Shown in pieces: positions 28,757 to 38,600 of a DNA stretch of 64,000 nt. The translations under genes and the position numbers were made by a program. This DNA comes from Alphaproteobacteria bacterium (GTDB taxonomy: Bacteria; Pseudomonadota; Alphaproteobacteria; UBA6615). The stretch spans positions 88,151 to 152,150 of the forward strand of contig CBDBHH010000005.1 in NCBI GenBank assembly GCA_965205535.1, written 5' to 3'. The notes under the pieces were generated by a model. The model searched no databases. It was not told where the DNA came from and was given only the letters and a program-made list of their open reading frames with translations. Every line of letters begins with the position of its first letter. Position 1 is the stretch's first letter.

Positions 28757-31700
28757 TCAGAACTTCATATTCAGCTTGACCCCCAGGCCCCAGGCCTCAT
28801 AGTCGCTTTGCCCGATGCCGTCGTAATTGCCGGTGAGCGACAGTCGGCGGGCACCTTCGGGGTCGGTCATGCTGATCCCCGGCGCAACCCGCGCCCGCCA
28901 GCCATCCCCGTCCCCGGCGGTGGTGGTCAGGAAGCCACCACCCCCGCTGGTGTCCGCATGGCTGTAGATCGCATCCAGCGTGAGCGTCGGTTCATAGCGC
29001 CAGCCATTGTCACCCAGGAACCACCGCGAGACCGTCGGGCCGAACCTGAATTGCCCCTGCGAGACCGTCTGGCCCGGAATGGTGTCGCCCAGCGTGCCGG
29101 TATAGGATTTCTGTTTGTCGGCCAGCCAGGACAGGGCAGCATTGGGCCGGAGGGTCCATTGATCATGGGTGAACACCCCCGACAGGCTGACGTCGGCCAG
29201 CCAGCGGGTTGATTTGAAGTTGTCGGTATAGGCGCCCGTCGGCGTGACGTCATTGTCGGACGCGCCCCCGGCCACGCGCGCGTCGAGATAGAGGTTCTCC
29301 TGCAGCCGCGCGGTCACATAAGGCCCGGCCAGCCAGCCCTTGCCGTCGATCCTGGAGTTGTCGCCGTCGTTGCTGTCGGTCAGGCTGTCATATTGCACCA
29401 CCGCGCCCACCAGCAGGCCCGGCGAGACCAGATAGTCGGCCCCCAGATGGACAATGGCGAAATCACCGTCAGAGCCCGCGCCGCCGTTGAACCTGTGGAA
29501 GCCGCCCTCAACCCAGACATCAAGGCGGCGGCGCTCATGGGCGGCCGTCCCTCCCTGCGCCACCTGCCCCCCCTGCATCACCTCCAGGTGAGCGGCGGCG
29601 CGGGTGACCTGGTCCAGGCTCGTGGCGAACTTGTAAGTCCCCGAGACAAGGTCGCGCAGGTTGAAGTCAACCGGCATGAGCTTGTTGATCTCACCGGTGG
29701 CGAAGCTCAACTGTTCCGGGCCAACGCCGCTTCGCAACCGGTCGATCCGGCGCGACGCATCCGGCTGGTTGGCCAGAATGAGACGGGTCCGCGTCTCCAT
29801 AAAACGGTTGATCGTCTCAACCGTCTTTTGAACCGAGGCGTCCGTACTCACCGAGATGGCCACGGTATCGGTGTTCTCCGCCCCTGCCGCATCTCTCACG
29901 GTCAGGGTGAACTCAAACTCTCCGTCATCCGCAGACTGGCGGGTTGGCGCGGTGAAGGTGGCGATGGTGGGGTCGGTGTCCGATACGGTCAAGGAGACAG
30001 TGGTTCCACCGGTCTGGGTCCATGCGTAGGTCCGCCCGTCACCGGGAAGACCGGAACTGCCGCTGCCGTCAAGGGTGACTTCCTCGCCCTCGTCCACGGT
30101 CTGAGGCTCTCCGGCATTGGCCTCGGGGGGCAGGTTCGTCACGGAGATGGTCACCGTGACGGTGTTAGACCCGCCTGCCGCATCTCTCACGGTCAGGGAG
30201 AACACCAACTCTTCGTCATCCGCCGTCTGGCGCACTGGCGCAGTGAAGGTCGGGGAGATTGCCGTGGCGTCGTTCAGGGTGACATCCGTGCCGCTGGTCT
30301 GGGTCCAGAGGTAGGTCCGCCCGTCACCGGGAAGACCGGAACTGCCGCTGCCGTCAAGGGTGACTTCCTCGCCTTCGTTCACGGCCGTGCCCCCGACGAC
30401 GGTGGCGACAGCGATGGGCGGCAGATTGGTCACCGAGATGGTCACTGTGGCGGTGGAAGTTTCATTTTCTGAATCGGTCACGGTCAGAGTGAACGCCAGT
30501 TCTCCGTCAGTCATCGTCTGGCGGACCGGCGCGGTGAAGGTCGGGGAGATCGCAGACGTGTCATTCAGGGTGACAGTGGTTCCGCTGGTCTGTGCCCACG
30601 AATAGGTCAGGATGTCGCCCGCATCCGGGTCTGTGGTGCCGGTGCCGTCAAGGGTGACGGTAGCGCCCTCGTTCACGGTTTGATTTGAACCGGCACTGGC
30701 CATGGGGGGTTCATTGGCCGCGCGCACCGCCGCCGTGGCGGCACTGGTTCGGCTTTCCTGCCTGCCACCGCCATCGATGAAGCTGGCCGTCACGGTGATC
30801 GCTTTGCCGATCTCGGCCGTCGTCAGGGAGTAGGTGCTGGAGGTCGCGCCGGAAATAGCGGCGCCATCCGCCTGCCATTGGTAGGTGAACTCGGGGGGGA
30901 CACCTTCGCTGATGACCTCGAACCCATTGGCATCGTCAATTCCAGAGGGGGCCGCCGTCAGTTTCTCATCCTCGATCGGGTCACCGGAGATGGTCGGGAC
31001 ACCGGTCGCCGGGGCGTTGGTCACGGTAATGTTAAAGGGCAGTGAATCCGTGTCTCCGTCCCCATTCGTCGCAGTGTAGGTCAGGTTAAACGTCCGGGTT
31101 CTCATGGTTCCTGTCGGCGTACCAGACAATATGCGGTTATTAAGGGACAGTCCATTGGGCACGGAACTGAGCGTATAGGCATTGGTACTCGGCACTGCCG
31201 CGGGCCCCGCCAGTGCCTCGGGCAAAGTCAGATCAGTAATTGCATTGCCCGCGCTGTAGGTCTGATTAGCAATGGTCGTCCGAAACAGCGGTCTGACAAA
31301 GATGCGGACGTCATCAGTGTCCTCGTCGGTGGCCGGGTACGCTGCGTCACGAACACGCAAGCTGAAAGTCACCGAAGCCGGGCCAGGTGCTGGTGGTATC
31401 ACGTCTGGAATGATGAACGTTGGCTGGGCTGCTGTCGGACTGCTTAAAGTCACATCGGGGCCGGCAGTCTGCGTCCAGAAGTAACGTAGGTTCGAATTAT
31501 CGCCATCGGGATCGTTACTGCCAGTGCCATCAAGGGTGACTGTGGCGCCCTTGTCGACCCTCTGATTATCCCCGGCGTCAGCGGTGGGCGGCATATTGTG
31601 GTTGCGAATAGTTATCGACGCGGAGTTGACAGCCGGTCCGGCAGAAGTGGTCCCAAAGACCTGAAGGCGAACGCCAAACGTAGTCCCATCTAGCACTGAG

Positions 31701-32032
31701 GGGCTCGCAGTGATGGTAAAAGTTGACTGATCCCTTCTGGAAAAGGTAACCCCTGCCGGGGTACCCGCAGCGTTGGGAGGCTGCCATATGTATGTGAAGG
31801 GGCTAGCAAGGCCGGAGATTGAAGCAGCGGTGAGAGTCAGGGACCCTCCCGCATCAAATGTACGGACATTTGCGCCCCCGCTTCCTTGGGAATTAATCGT
31901 AACATTCTGCGCACTGGCCCCGGTTGCCGAGATCATCAGAGAGATGAGTGCCAGCACGCACAACCGCGCCGAGGCTATGAAGGTCGCCCCAAAAAAATGA
32001 GATAACAACAGGAAAGGTTTTGAAACGATCAT
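28757..32032 (-). CDS. Autotransporter-type adhesin A with PKD/Ig-like repeats (about 1,090 aa)
   Basis: Long signal peptide ending ASA-Q, four A.AG..QTV.EG..VTLDG.GS PKD/K319L-like modules, C-terminal beta-barrel ending KLNMKF. Confidence 0.88.
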   Translation of the reverse strand: MIVSKPFLLLSHFFGATFIASARLCVLALISLMISATGASAQNVTINSQGSGGANVRTFDAGGSLTLTAASISGLASPFTYIWQPPNAAGTPAGVTFSRRDQSTFTITASPSVLDGTTFGVRLQVFGTTSAGPAVNSASITIRNHNMPPTADAGDNQRVDKGATVTLDGTGSNDPDGDNSNLRYFWTQTAGPDVTLSSPTAAQPTFIIPDVIPPAPGPASVTFSLRVRDAAYPATDEDTDDVRIFVRPLFRTTIANQTYSAGNAITDLTLPEALAGPAAVPSTNAYTLSSVPNGLSLNNRILSGTPTGTMRTRTFNLTYTATNGDGDTDSLPFNITVTNAPATGVPTISGDPIEDEKLTAAPSGIDDANGFEVISEGVPPEFTYQWQADGAAISGATSSTYSLTTAEIGKAITVTASFIDGGGRQESRTSAATAAVRAANEPPMASAGSNQTVNEGATVTLDGTGTTDPDAGDILTYSWAQTSGTTVTLNDTSAISPTFTAPVRQTMTDGELAFTLTVTDSENETSTATVTISVTNLPPIAVATVVGGTAVNEGEEVTLDGSGSSGLPGDGRTYLWTQTSGTDVTLNDATAISPTFTAPVRQTADDEELVFSLTVRDAAGGSNTVTVTISVTNLPPEANAGEPQTVDEGEEVTLDGSGSSGLPGDGRTYAWTQTGGTTVSLTVSDTDPTIATFTAPTRQSADDGEFEFTLTVRDAAGAENTDTVAISVSTDASVQKTVETINRFMETRTRLILANQPDASRRIDRLRSGVGPEQLSFATGEINKLMPVDFNLRDLVSGTYKFATSLDQVTRAAAHLEVMQGGQVAQGGTAAHERRRLDVWVEGGFHRFNGGAGSDGDFAIVHLGADYLVSPGLLVGAVVQYDSLTDSNDGDNSRIDGKGWLAGPYVTARLQENLYLDARVAGGASDNDVTPTGAYTDNFKSTRWLADVSLSGVFTHDQWTLRPNAALSWLADKQKSYTGTLGDTIPGQTVSQGQFRFGPTVSRWFLGDNGWRYEPTLTLDAIYSHADTSGGGGFLTTTAGDGDGWRARVAPGISMTDPEGARRLSLTGNYDGIGQSDYEAWGLGVKLNMKF

Positions 32033-32136
32033 GAAAAGTATTAACTCCACAGTGCGGCTTTTAATGCGATTTTTACAGAACCTATCAAATTCAACAGCCT
32101 GGTCAACATTGAATTTGCAGGGGGTTTATTCAGTTA

Positions 32137-32869
32137 GAGTCTTACCTGGCAGAGCATAACCAGGAAAGGCATAAGGCTCTGTATAGCAATGAAAAACAGA
32201 TACTCAAAGAGTTCGAAACTTTCTGAAGCCAAAATTCGCGCCGTCGTGAAGTGCTTTGCCGCTGATCTCACAGCGCTCCAGGCAGCCCAAATCTGTGGCT
32301 TGAACCGCAACACGGTGAATCGGATTTATCGCGGCCTGAGAGAACGGATATTCTCAGCCTGTGAGGCTCAACGTCCTTTCTTCGGCGTTGTCGAAGTCGA
32401 TGAAAGCTTCTTTGGCGCCAGGCGTGTGAAGGGCAAGCGGGGACGCGGCGCCTATGGCAAGACCGTCGTCTTCGGCATCTTCGAGCGCGACGGACAGGTC
32501 TACACAGAGATTGTCGAGGATTGCTCAAAGTCCACGCTGCAAGGGATTATCCGGGGTCGGGTCGACCCCAGCACCATCGTCAACTCCGACGGATGGCGCG
32601 GCTATAACGGCCTCGTCGATCTCGGCTATGGTCACTTCCGGGTGGAGCACTCCAAAGATGAGTTCGCCAGGGGCACGGTCCATATTAATGGCCTCGAAGG
32701 GTTCTGGGGTATGGCCCAAGTGCGCCTGGCGAAGTTCAAGGGGCTGCCAAAACACACCTTCCACTTCCACCTCAAGGAGACCGAATGGCGATTCAACAAC
32801 CGCGCTTCCAATAAGGTCAGGCTCCTGCTACAATCCCTCCGGGAAAAACCTCTCTGCCAGGCAAAACCC
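32137..32869 (+). mobile_element. Short IS1595-family (IS1016-like) element, probably decayed
   Basis: Transposase from 32189 (VEVDESFFG, NSDGWRGY, HINGLEGFW, LKETEWRFN); 15/18 IR match (GAGTCTTACCTGGCAGAG and GGGTTTTGCCTGGCAGAG). The ORF reads through the right IR and no TSD is present. Confidence 0.8.
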
Positions 32870-33115
32870 TTTCTGAAATCCGCACACGGCCACCGACAAG
32901 TTGAACGTCGCATAATAACTCGCCGTCAGACCGTCACGCATCAGGTCCTCGTTTGACAGGGCCATATCCAGAATCATCGAGGCAGGCAGGTCGATCTCCT
33001 CGATAATAGCAGGTTTGACGTCAGGTGCCCTGTTGGGATTGGCCAGGGAAACACCCACAGACAGACCAAAGGCCAGCGCGCCCACCAGGGGCATAATCAG
33101 GAAGGAACAACGCAT
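32870..33115 (-). pseudogene. Small exported protein, truncated by the IS
   Basis: MRCSFLIMPLVGALAFGLSVGVSLA signal-like N-terminus with a GGAG RBS; the ORF runs into the IS end. Confidence 0.45.
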
Positions 33116-33945
33116 CAGAAAATATCTCCTTTGGGAAACGTAATTGCAGCTTCGGGCCAGCCAGGCCATTGGGGTCCTTTGACAGGGAAGTACACCTGTG
33201 TGACTTCGGCCCGGCATGTCGCCCGTTTCAAGAACGCAAAGTGATCTATGTTCCTAAGGATTTCTACGCCCAGCGTGTCGATCTCGTGCTGCTCCATATG
33301 AGCGAACGGGTCGTCAGCGCGATGTTGACCCTGATGGTAGAAGTCGGCGAAGTCCTCCAAGTCCGACACGTTCCAGTGGAAACCTGATCCACAGAACACC
33401 AGAATGCCTGGACCGGCTACTTCCTGGTTGGCTTCCGCCAACCTGTCCTCGAAGGCGAGCGAATAGTCCAAAAACTTCGAGCGGGATGCGAATGTGTTGC
33501 CGTAAATCATACCGCCCATCCACTTCTCTTCGACGACGAAGTTCACATTGTCGGGGTGGTACTCCTGCAATTGAAGATAGCGCTTCCAAGTAGCGGCAGA
33601 GTCGGGAGTGTTCGGGTAAACGGATTTGACCTCGACGTATAATCTGTCGTGGTCCCGTTCCACGACGAAATCGATCTTCCTTTCGCTGGCAAGTATGGAC
33701 GGTTCATATGAGATCGAACCTGTGAGAGTGTCATTATCAACCAAAGACTTGGCTGTCGCTAATTCATTGATGCGTTCACGCATACGGCGTTCGCCGTTAT
33801 CCTGGCCAGATCGCACGGCATCTACAGCGGACTGGAACTGAGCCCAAAGGTGACTGCCACCGACGATGCGACTGTCGGAGCCCCGAACCACGCCTTCGTA
33901 GGTGGCACACACCTCCGCAATCAGGGCTTCAGGATCATCACACAT
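33115..33945 (-). CDS. Hypothetical protein with PD-(D/E)xK-like motif
   Basis: 276-aa ORF with NELATA...KIDFVV...LYVEVKS. Confidence 0.65.
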   Translation of the reverse strand: MCDDPEALIAEVCATYEGVVRGSDSRIVGGSHLWAQFQSAVDAVRSGQDNGERRMRERINELATAKSLVDNDTLTGSISYEPSILASERKIDFVVERDHDRLYVEVKSVYPNTPDSAATWKRYLQLQEYHPDNVNFVVEEKWMGGMIYGNTFASRSKFLDYSLAFEDRLAEANQEVAGPGILVFCGSGFHWNVSDLEDFADFYHQGQHRADDPFAHMEQHEIDTLGVEILRNIDHFAFLKRATCRAEVTQVYFPVKGPQWPGWPEAAITFPKGDIF

Positions 33946-34226
33946 ATCTAAGTCTTAACTTCGAAAGTGAAAGGCTTCGGGCTGATCTGGGATTGGGAAA
34001 GGGGCGTCAATTTATGGGCAATATGGTTGTCAGTGCGGCAAAACCTGAAAACACGATCCTCACCGTTCCGCAGAGCACTGCATCCCACGTTCCGGGCGCG
34101 GCCCCATATCAGTGATCATGCCGCTCTGAAAACACGGCGTCAAGATCAGCGCCGTCGTCCCAAACGTCGCGACCAAGGATTCTCATCCTGATTGTCGCGC
34201 TACACGGTGATTGTGATTTCTTTGGG

Positions 34227-34793
34227 GTGGTCGCGGCGGATATTGGCGCCCTCGACGCCAAACTCGGTCAGTTTTTTACGCCCTACGATGTCGCCAGGTG
34301 CATAGCCGAGATGACGTTGGGTGATGTGGATAAACTCATCGCAGAACAAGGCTACGTCACGATTGGAGAGCCAGCAGCTGGCGCCGGCGGCATGATCATT
34401 GCTGCAGCAGAGTGCATCAAGTCCAGAGGCCACAAGCCAGCGACAACGATGTCGGTCGAGGCCACTGAACTGAGCCGGCGAACCTTTCACATGTGCTACG
34501 TGCAACTCGCACTGTGCGGGATCCCCGCCCTGATGGTCCACGGCAACAGCCTGTCGCTCGACCAACACGAGGCATCCTGGACGCCGGCCGCCCAGGAATT
34601 TCTATCACGTCACGGACACTTGTTCCCCGACCGTGAAAGCGCCGTTGTGAGAGACGAATCCCAAAACACAATCACGAAATCCTGCGCGACCAACGGTTGG
34701 AATAACGAAACGGCACAATCGGGGCCGCAGACCGAACTCCACGAACCGTTCACCGCCCCAGCTGATGCCGCATCCATTGCGCAATCACCGTGA
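34227..34793 (+). pseudogene. N-6 DNA methylase-like fragment of plasmid/ICE type
   Basis: LGQFFTPYDVA, EPAAGAGGM, MCYVQLAL, VHGNSLS; no good start codon. Confidence 0.65.
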
Positions 34794-34844
34794 ACCACCA
34801 GAGCTGGAGGTCATGAACGAGAAATCGAGCCCCAGGAGAACACT

Positions 34845-35135
34845 ATGAGCGCCTATCCCGAGCACGAAAAGATGAAAGAGATCAGCGACCAATCGCAGGC
34901 CATCGGTGCATTTCTCGAATGGTTGCAGGGCGAACGTGGTGCGTCGCTGCTGGTTTTGGATGATTGCCCCAGCGGTAGTCTTGCCGAGACATGGGGCGAC
35001 CGTCGCTCGGACTACCGGCCCGCACCACACACCGAGAAACTGCTGGCCGAGTATTTCGAGATCGACCTCAACAAAATCGAAAACGAAAAGCGCGCAATGC
35101 TCGATGAGTTCGCCGCCATGACCGACGCCGCGTAA
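34845..35135 (+). CDS. Hypothetical protein, mobile-element type
   Basis: Strong AGGAGA RBS, 96 aa, YPEHEKM...SQAIGAFLEWL. Confidence 0.65.
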   Translation: MSAYPEHEKMKEISDQSQAIGAFLEWLQGERGASLLVLDDCPSGSLAETWGDRRSDYRPAPHTEKLLAEYFEIDLNKIENEKRAMLDEFAAMTDAA

Positions 35136-35151
35136 TCGAGCGGGTATCGAC

Positions 35152-35568
35152 ATGGGCACCAAAACAATCGCCGAACACGCCGCAGAACACCTCCGAGAGA
35201 ACGACGAGGACGGCTTGATGTGGGGTGACGTGACACTGGCCCACGAAGTCGCCGACAGAGCAGGTGTCCCGCAGCGAGGGATGCGAACATCGGGGCTGAT
35301 CCTCCTAAACGCCCTTGAGGGCTCGCCGCTGTTCAGGAAGGAACTCATTCCCGTCCACATCCCCGGCGCAGGCGAACGCCTGGTCAGATCATTCAAGCTG
35401 GTCGGCATTAACGCCGCTTCGCATAACCTCGCATCAAGCAACGCCGCTCAGGCGAGTTTCCACAAACAGCGGGACATTCCCTGTGATTTACCCGGTGCTT
35501 TCTTGGCCATTGATTCGCCTCTTGTAAGACGAATATTAGGACTTCTGGATGCATCGTCAAGGATATAA
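35152..35568 (+). CDS. Hypothetical protein
   Basis: Co-oriented ORF 16 bp downstream of the previous gene; plausible codon usage in the first ~85 codons. Confidence 0.45.
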   Translation: MGTKTIAEHAAEHLRENDEDGLMWGDVTLAHEVADRAGVPQRGMRTSGLILLNALEGSPLFRKELIPVHIPGAGERLVRSFKLVGINAASHNLASSNAAQASFHKQRDIPCDLPGAFLAIDSPLVRRILGLLDASSRI

Positions 35569-35640
35569 ATCCCAAACTAATACACCTATATGGTACCTAT
35601 ACGTAACGATACGTAGGGGCCGCCGGGCGGTGGTTTCCCC

Positions 35641-38600
35641 TCAGAACTTCATATTCAGCTTGACCCCCAGGCCCCAGGCCTCATAGTCGCTTTGCCCGAT
35701 GCCGTCGTAATTGCCGGTGAGCGACAGTCGGCGGGCACCTTCGGGGTCGGTCATGCTGATCCCCGGCGCAACCCGCGCCCGCCAGCCATCCCCGTCCCCG
35801 GCGGTGGTGGTCAGGAAGCCACCACCCCCGCTGGTGTCCGCATGGCTGTAGATCGCATCCAGCGTGAGCGTCGGTTCATAGCGCCAGCCATTGTCACCCA
35901 GGAACCACCGCGAGACCGTCGGGCCGAACCTGAATTGCCCCTGCGAGACCGTCTGGCCCGGAATGGTGTCGCCCAGCGTGCCGGTATAGGATTTCTGTTT
36001 GTCGGCCAGCCAGGACAGGGCAGCATTGGGCCGGAGGGTCCATTGATCATGGGTGAACACCCCCGACAGGCTGACGTCGGCCAGCCAGCGGGTTGATTTG
36101 AAGTTGTCGGTATAGGCGCCCGTCGGCGTGACGTCATTGTCGGACGCGCCCCCGGCCACGCGCGCGTCGAGATAGAGGTTCTCCTGCAGCCGCGCGGTCA
36201 CATAAGGCCCGGCCAGCCAGCCCTTGCCGTCGATCCTGGAGTTGTCGCCGTCGTTGCTGTCGGTCAGGCTGTCATATTGCACCACCGCGCCCACCAGCAG
36301 GCCCGGCGAGACCAGATAGTCGGCCCCCAGATGGACAATGGCGAAATCACCGTCAGAGCCCGCGCCGCCGTTGAACCTGTGGAAGCCGCCCTCAACCCAG
36401 ACATCAAGGCGGCGGCGCTCATGGGCGGCCGTCCCTCCCTGCGCCACCTGCCCCCCCTGCATCACCTCCAGGTGAGCGGCGGCGCGGGTGACCTGGTCCA
36501 GGCTCGTGGCGAACTTGTAAGTCCCCGAGACAAGGTCGCGCAGGTTGAAGTCAACCGGCATGAGCTTGTTGATCTCACCGGTGGCGAAGCTCAACTGTTC
36601 CGGGCCAACGCCGCTTCGCAACCGGTCGATCCGGCGCGACGCATCCGGCTGGTTGGCCAGAATGAGACGGGTCCGCGTCTCCATAAAACGGTTGATCGTC
36701 TCAACCGTCTTTTGAACCGAGGCGTCCGTACTCACCGAGATGGCCACGGTATCGGTGGACACATCGCCGTCAGGGTCAGTCACGGTCAGGGTGAACTCAA
36801 ACTCTCCGTCATCCGCCGTCCGGCGGACCGGCGCGATGAAGGTGGCGGTGACGGTGTCCGCTCCGGTCAGGGTGACAGGGGTTCCACCGGTCTGGGCCCA
36901 TAAGTAGACCACGGTATTGCTCACGGCAGGATCGGAACTGCCACTGCCGTCAAGGGTGACGGTATCGCCTTCGTTCACGGTCTGGCTCGGACCGGCATCA
37001 GCCGTTGCAATAGTTGCCTCAATCATTGCCGTCGCCGTCGCCGTACCCAGGCTGAAACCTGTCGGCAAGGCGTTGTTAGAGTTCGCGCTCAGGGTCGCCG
37101 TGAAGGTCTCGGCCTCTTCCGCCTCTCCATCGGTTAACACCGGCACGGTAAAGGTCTGGCTCAGATCGTCCCCGCTCGCGCCAGCCGCGAAGGTCAGCGT
37201 GCCGTTCGTTGCTGTGAAGTCACTCCCCGCGGTCGCCGTGCCCGCCGCGGTGGCATAATCCACCACTACTGCCGCGCCCGGTGAGCCCGACAAGGTCACC
37301 GTGAAGGTGGCATCATCGCCTTCGTTCACGTTGCCGGTGGGCCCGGCAATCGACACCGTCGCCGTGCCCGCTGCCGTGATCGTCGCCGTCGCCGTCGCCG
37401 TGCCCAGGCTGAAGCCTGTCGGCAGCGGGTTCGAGCTGTTCGCGCTCAGGGTCGCCGTGAAACTCTCGTCGCCTTCCACAATGCTGTCGGTTAACACCGG
37501 CACGGTGAAGGTCTGGGTCAGATCGGTCGTGTTCGCCACAAAGGTCAGCGTGCCGCTCGTTGCGGTGAAGTCAGTCGCCGACGCCGTCCCTGTTGCGGTG
37601 GCATAATCCACCACCACCGCCGAGCCCGGTGAGCCCGACAAGGTCACCGTGAAGGTGGCGTCATCGCCCTCGGCCACGTTGCCGCCGCCCGAGATGGATA
37701 CCGTCGCCGAACCATTCGCCCTAATCGCCGCCTGCGCGCTCGTCCTGCCCCGGCTGAAACCTGGCGGCAGCGGGGTGTCCTCGTTCGCCCTATTCAGTCT
37801 TACGGTGAAGGTCTCGCTGCCTTCCACCTGAGGATCGTCAAGCACCGGCACGGTAAAGGTCTGGGTCAGAGTGGTCGTGTTCGCCGCAAAGGTCAGCCTG
37901 GCGAACCTTTGTGTGTAATCACTCCCCGCAGTCGCCGTGCCCGGCACGGTGAGAGGGGTTATCACCAGATCCGCGCCCGGTGAGGCCGACAACGTCACCG
38001 TGAAGGTGGCCTCATCGCCCTCGTCCACATTGCCGCCGCCCGAGATCGACACCGTCGCCGTGCCCGCCGCCCCAATCGTCGCCGTCGCCGTCGCCGTGCC
38101 CAGGCTGAAGCCTGTCGGCAGCGGGTTCGAGCTGTTCGCGCTCAGGGTCGCCGTGAAACTCTCGTCGCCTTCCACAATGCTGTCGGTTAACACCGGCACG
38201 GTAAAGGTCTGGCTCAGATCGGTCGTGTTCGCCACAAAGGTCAGCGTGCCGCTCGTTGCGGTGAAGTCAGTCGCCGACGCCGTCCCTGTTGCGGTGGCAT
38301 AATCCACCACCACCGCCGAGCCCGGTGAGCCCGACAAGGTCACCGTGAAGGTGGCATCATCGCCTTCGTTCACGTTGCCGGTGGGCCCGGCAATCGACAC
38401 CGTCGCCGTGCCCGCCGCCCCAATCGTCGCCGTCGCCGTCGCCGTGCCCAGGCTGAAGCCTGTCGGCAGCGGGTTCGAGCTGTTCGCGCTCAGGGTCGCC
38501 GTGAAACTCTCGTCGCCTTCCACAATGCTGTCGGTTAACACCGGCACGGTGAAGGTCTGGGTCAGATCGGTCGTGTTCGCCACAAAGGTCAGCGTGCCGC

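Larger units (their letters stand above)
28757..36757 (-). repeat. Direct repeat of about 1,117 bp (28757-29873 and 35641-36757) encoding the shared beta-domain
   Basis: Constant offset of 6,884 bp at both ends; the ORF-track translations of the two copies are identical. Confidence 0.92.
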
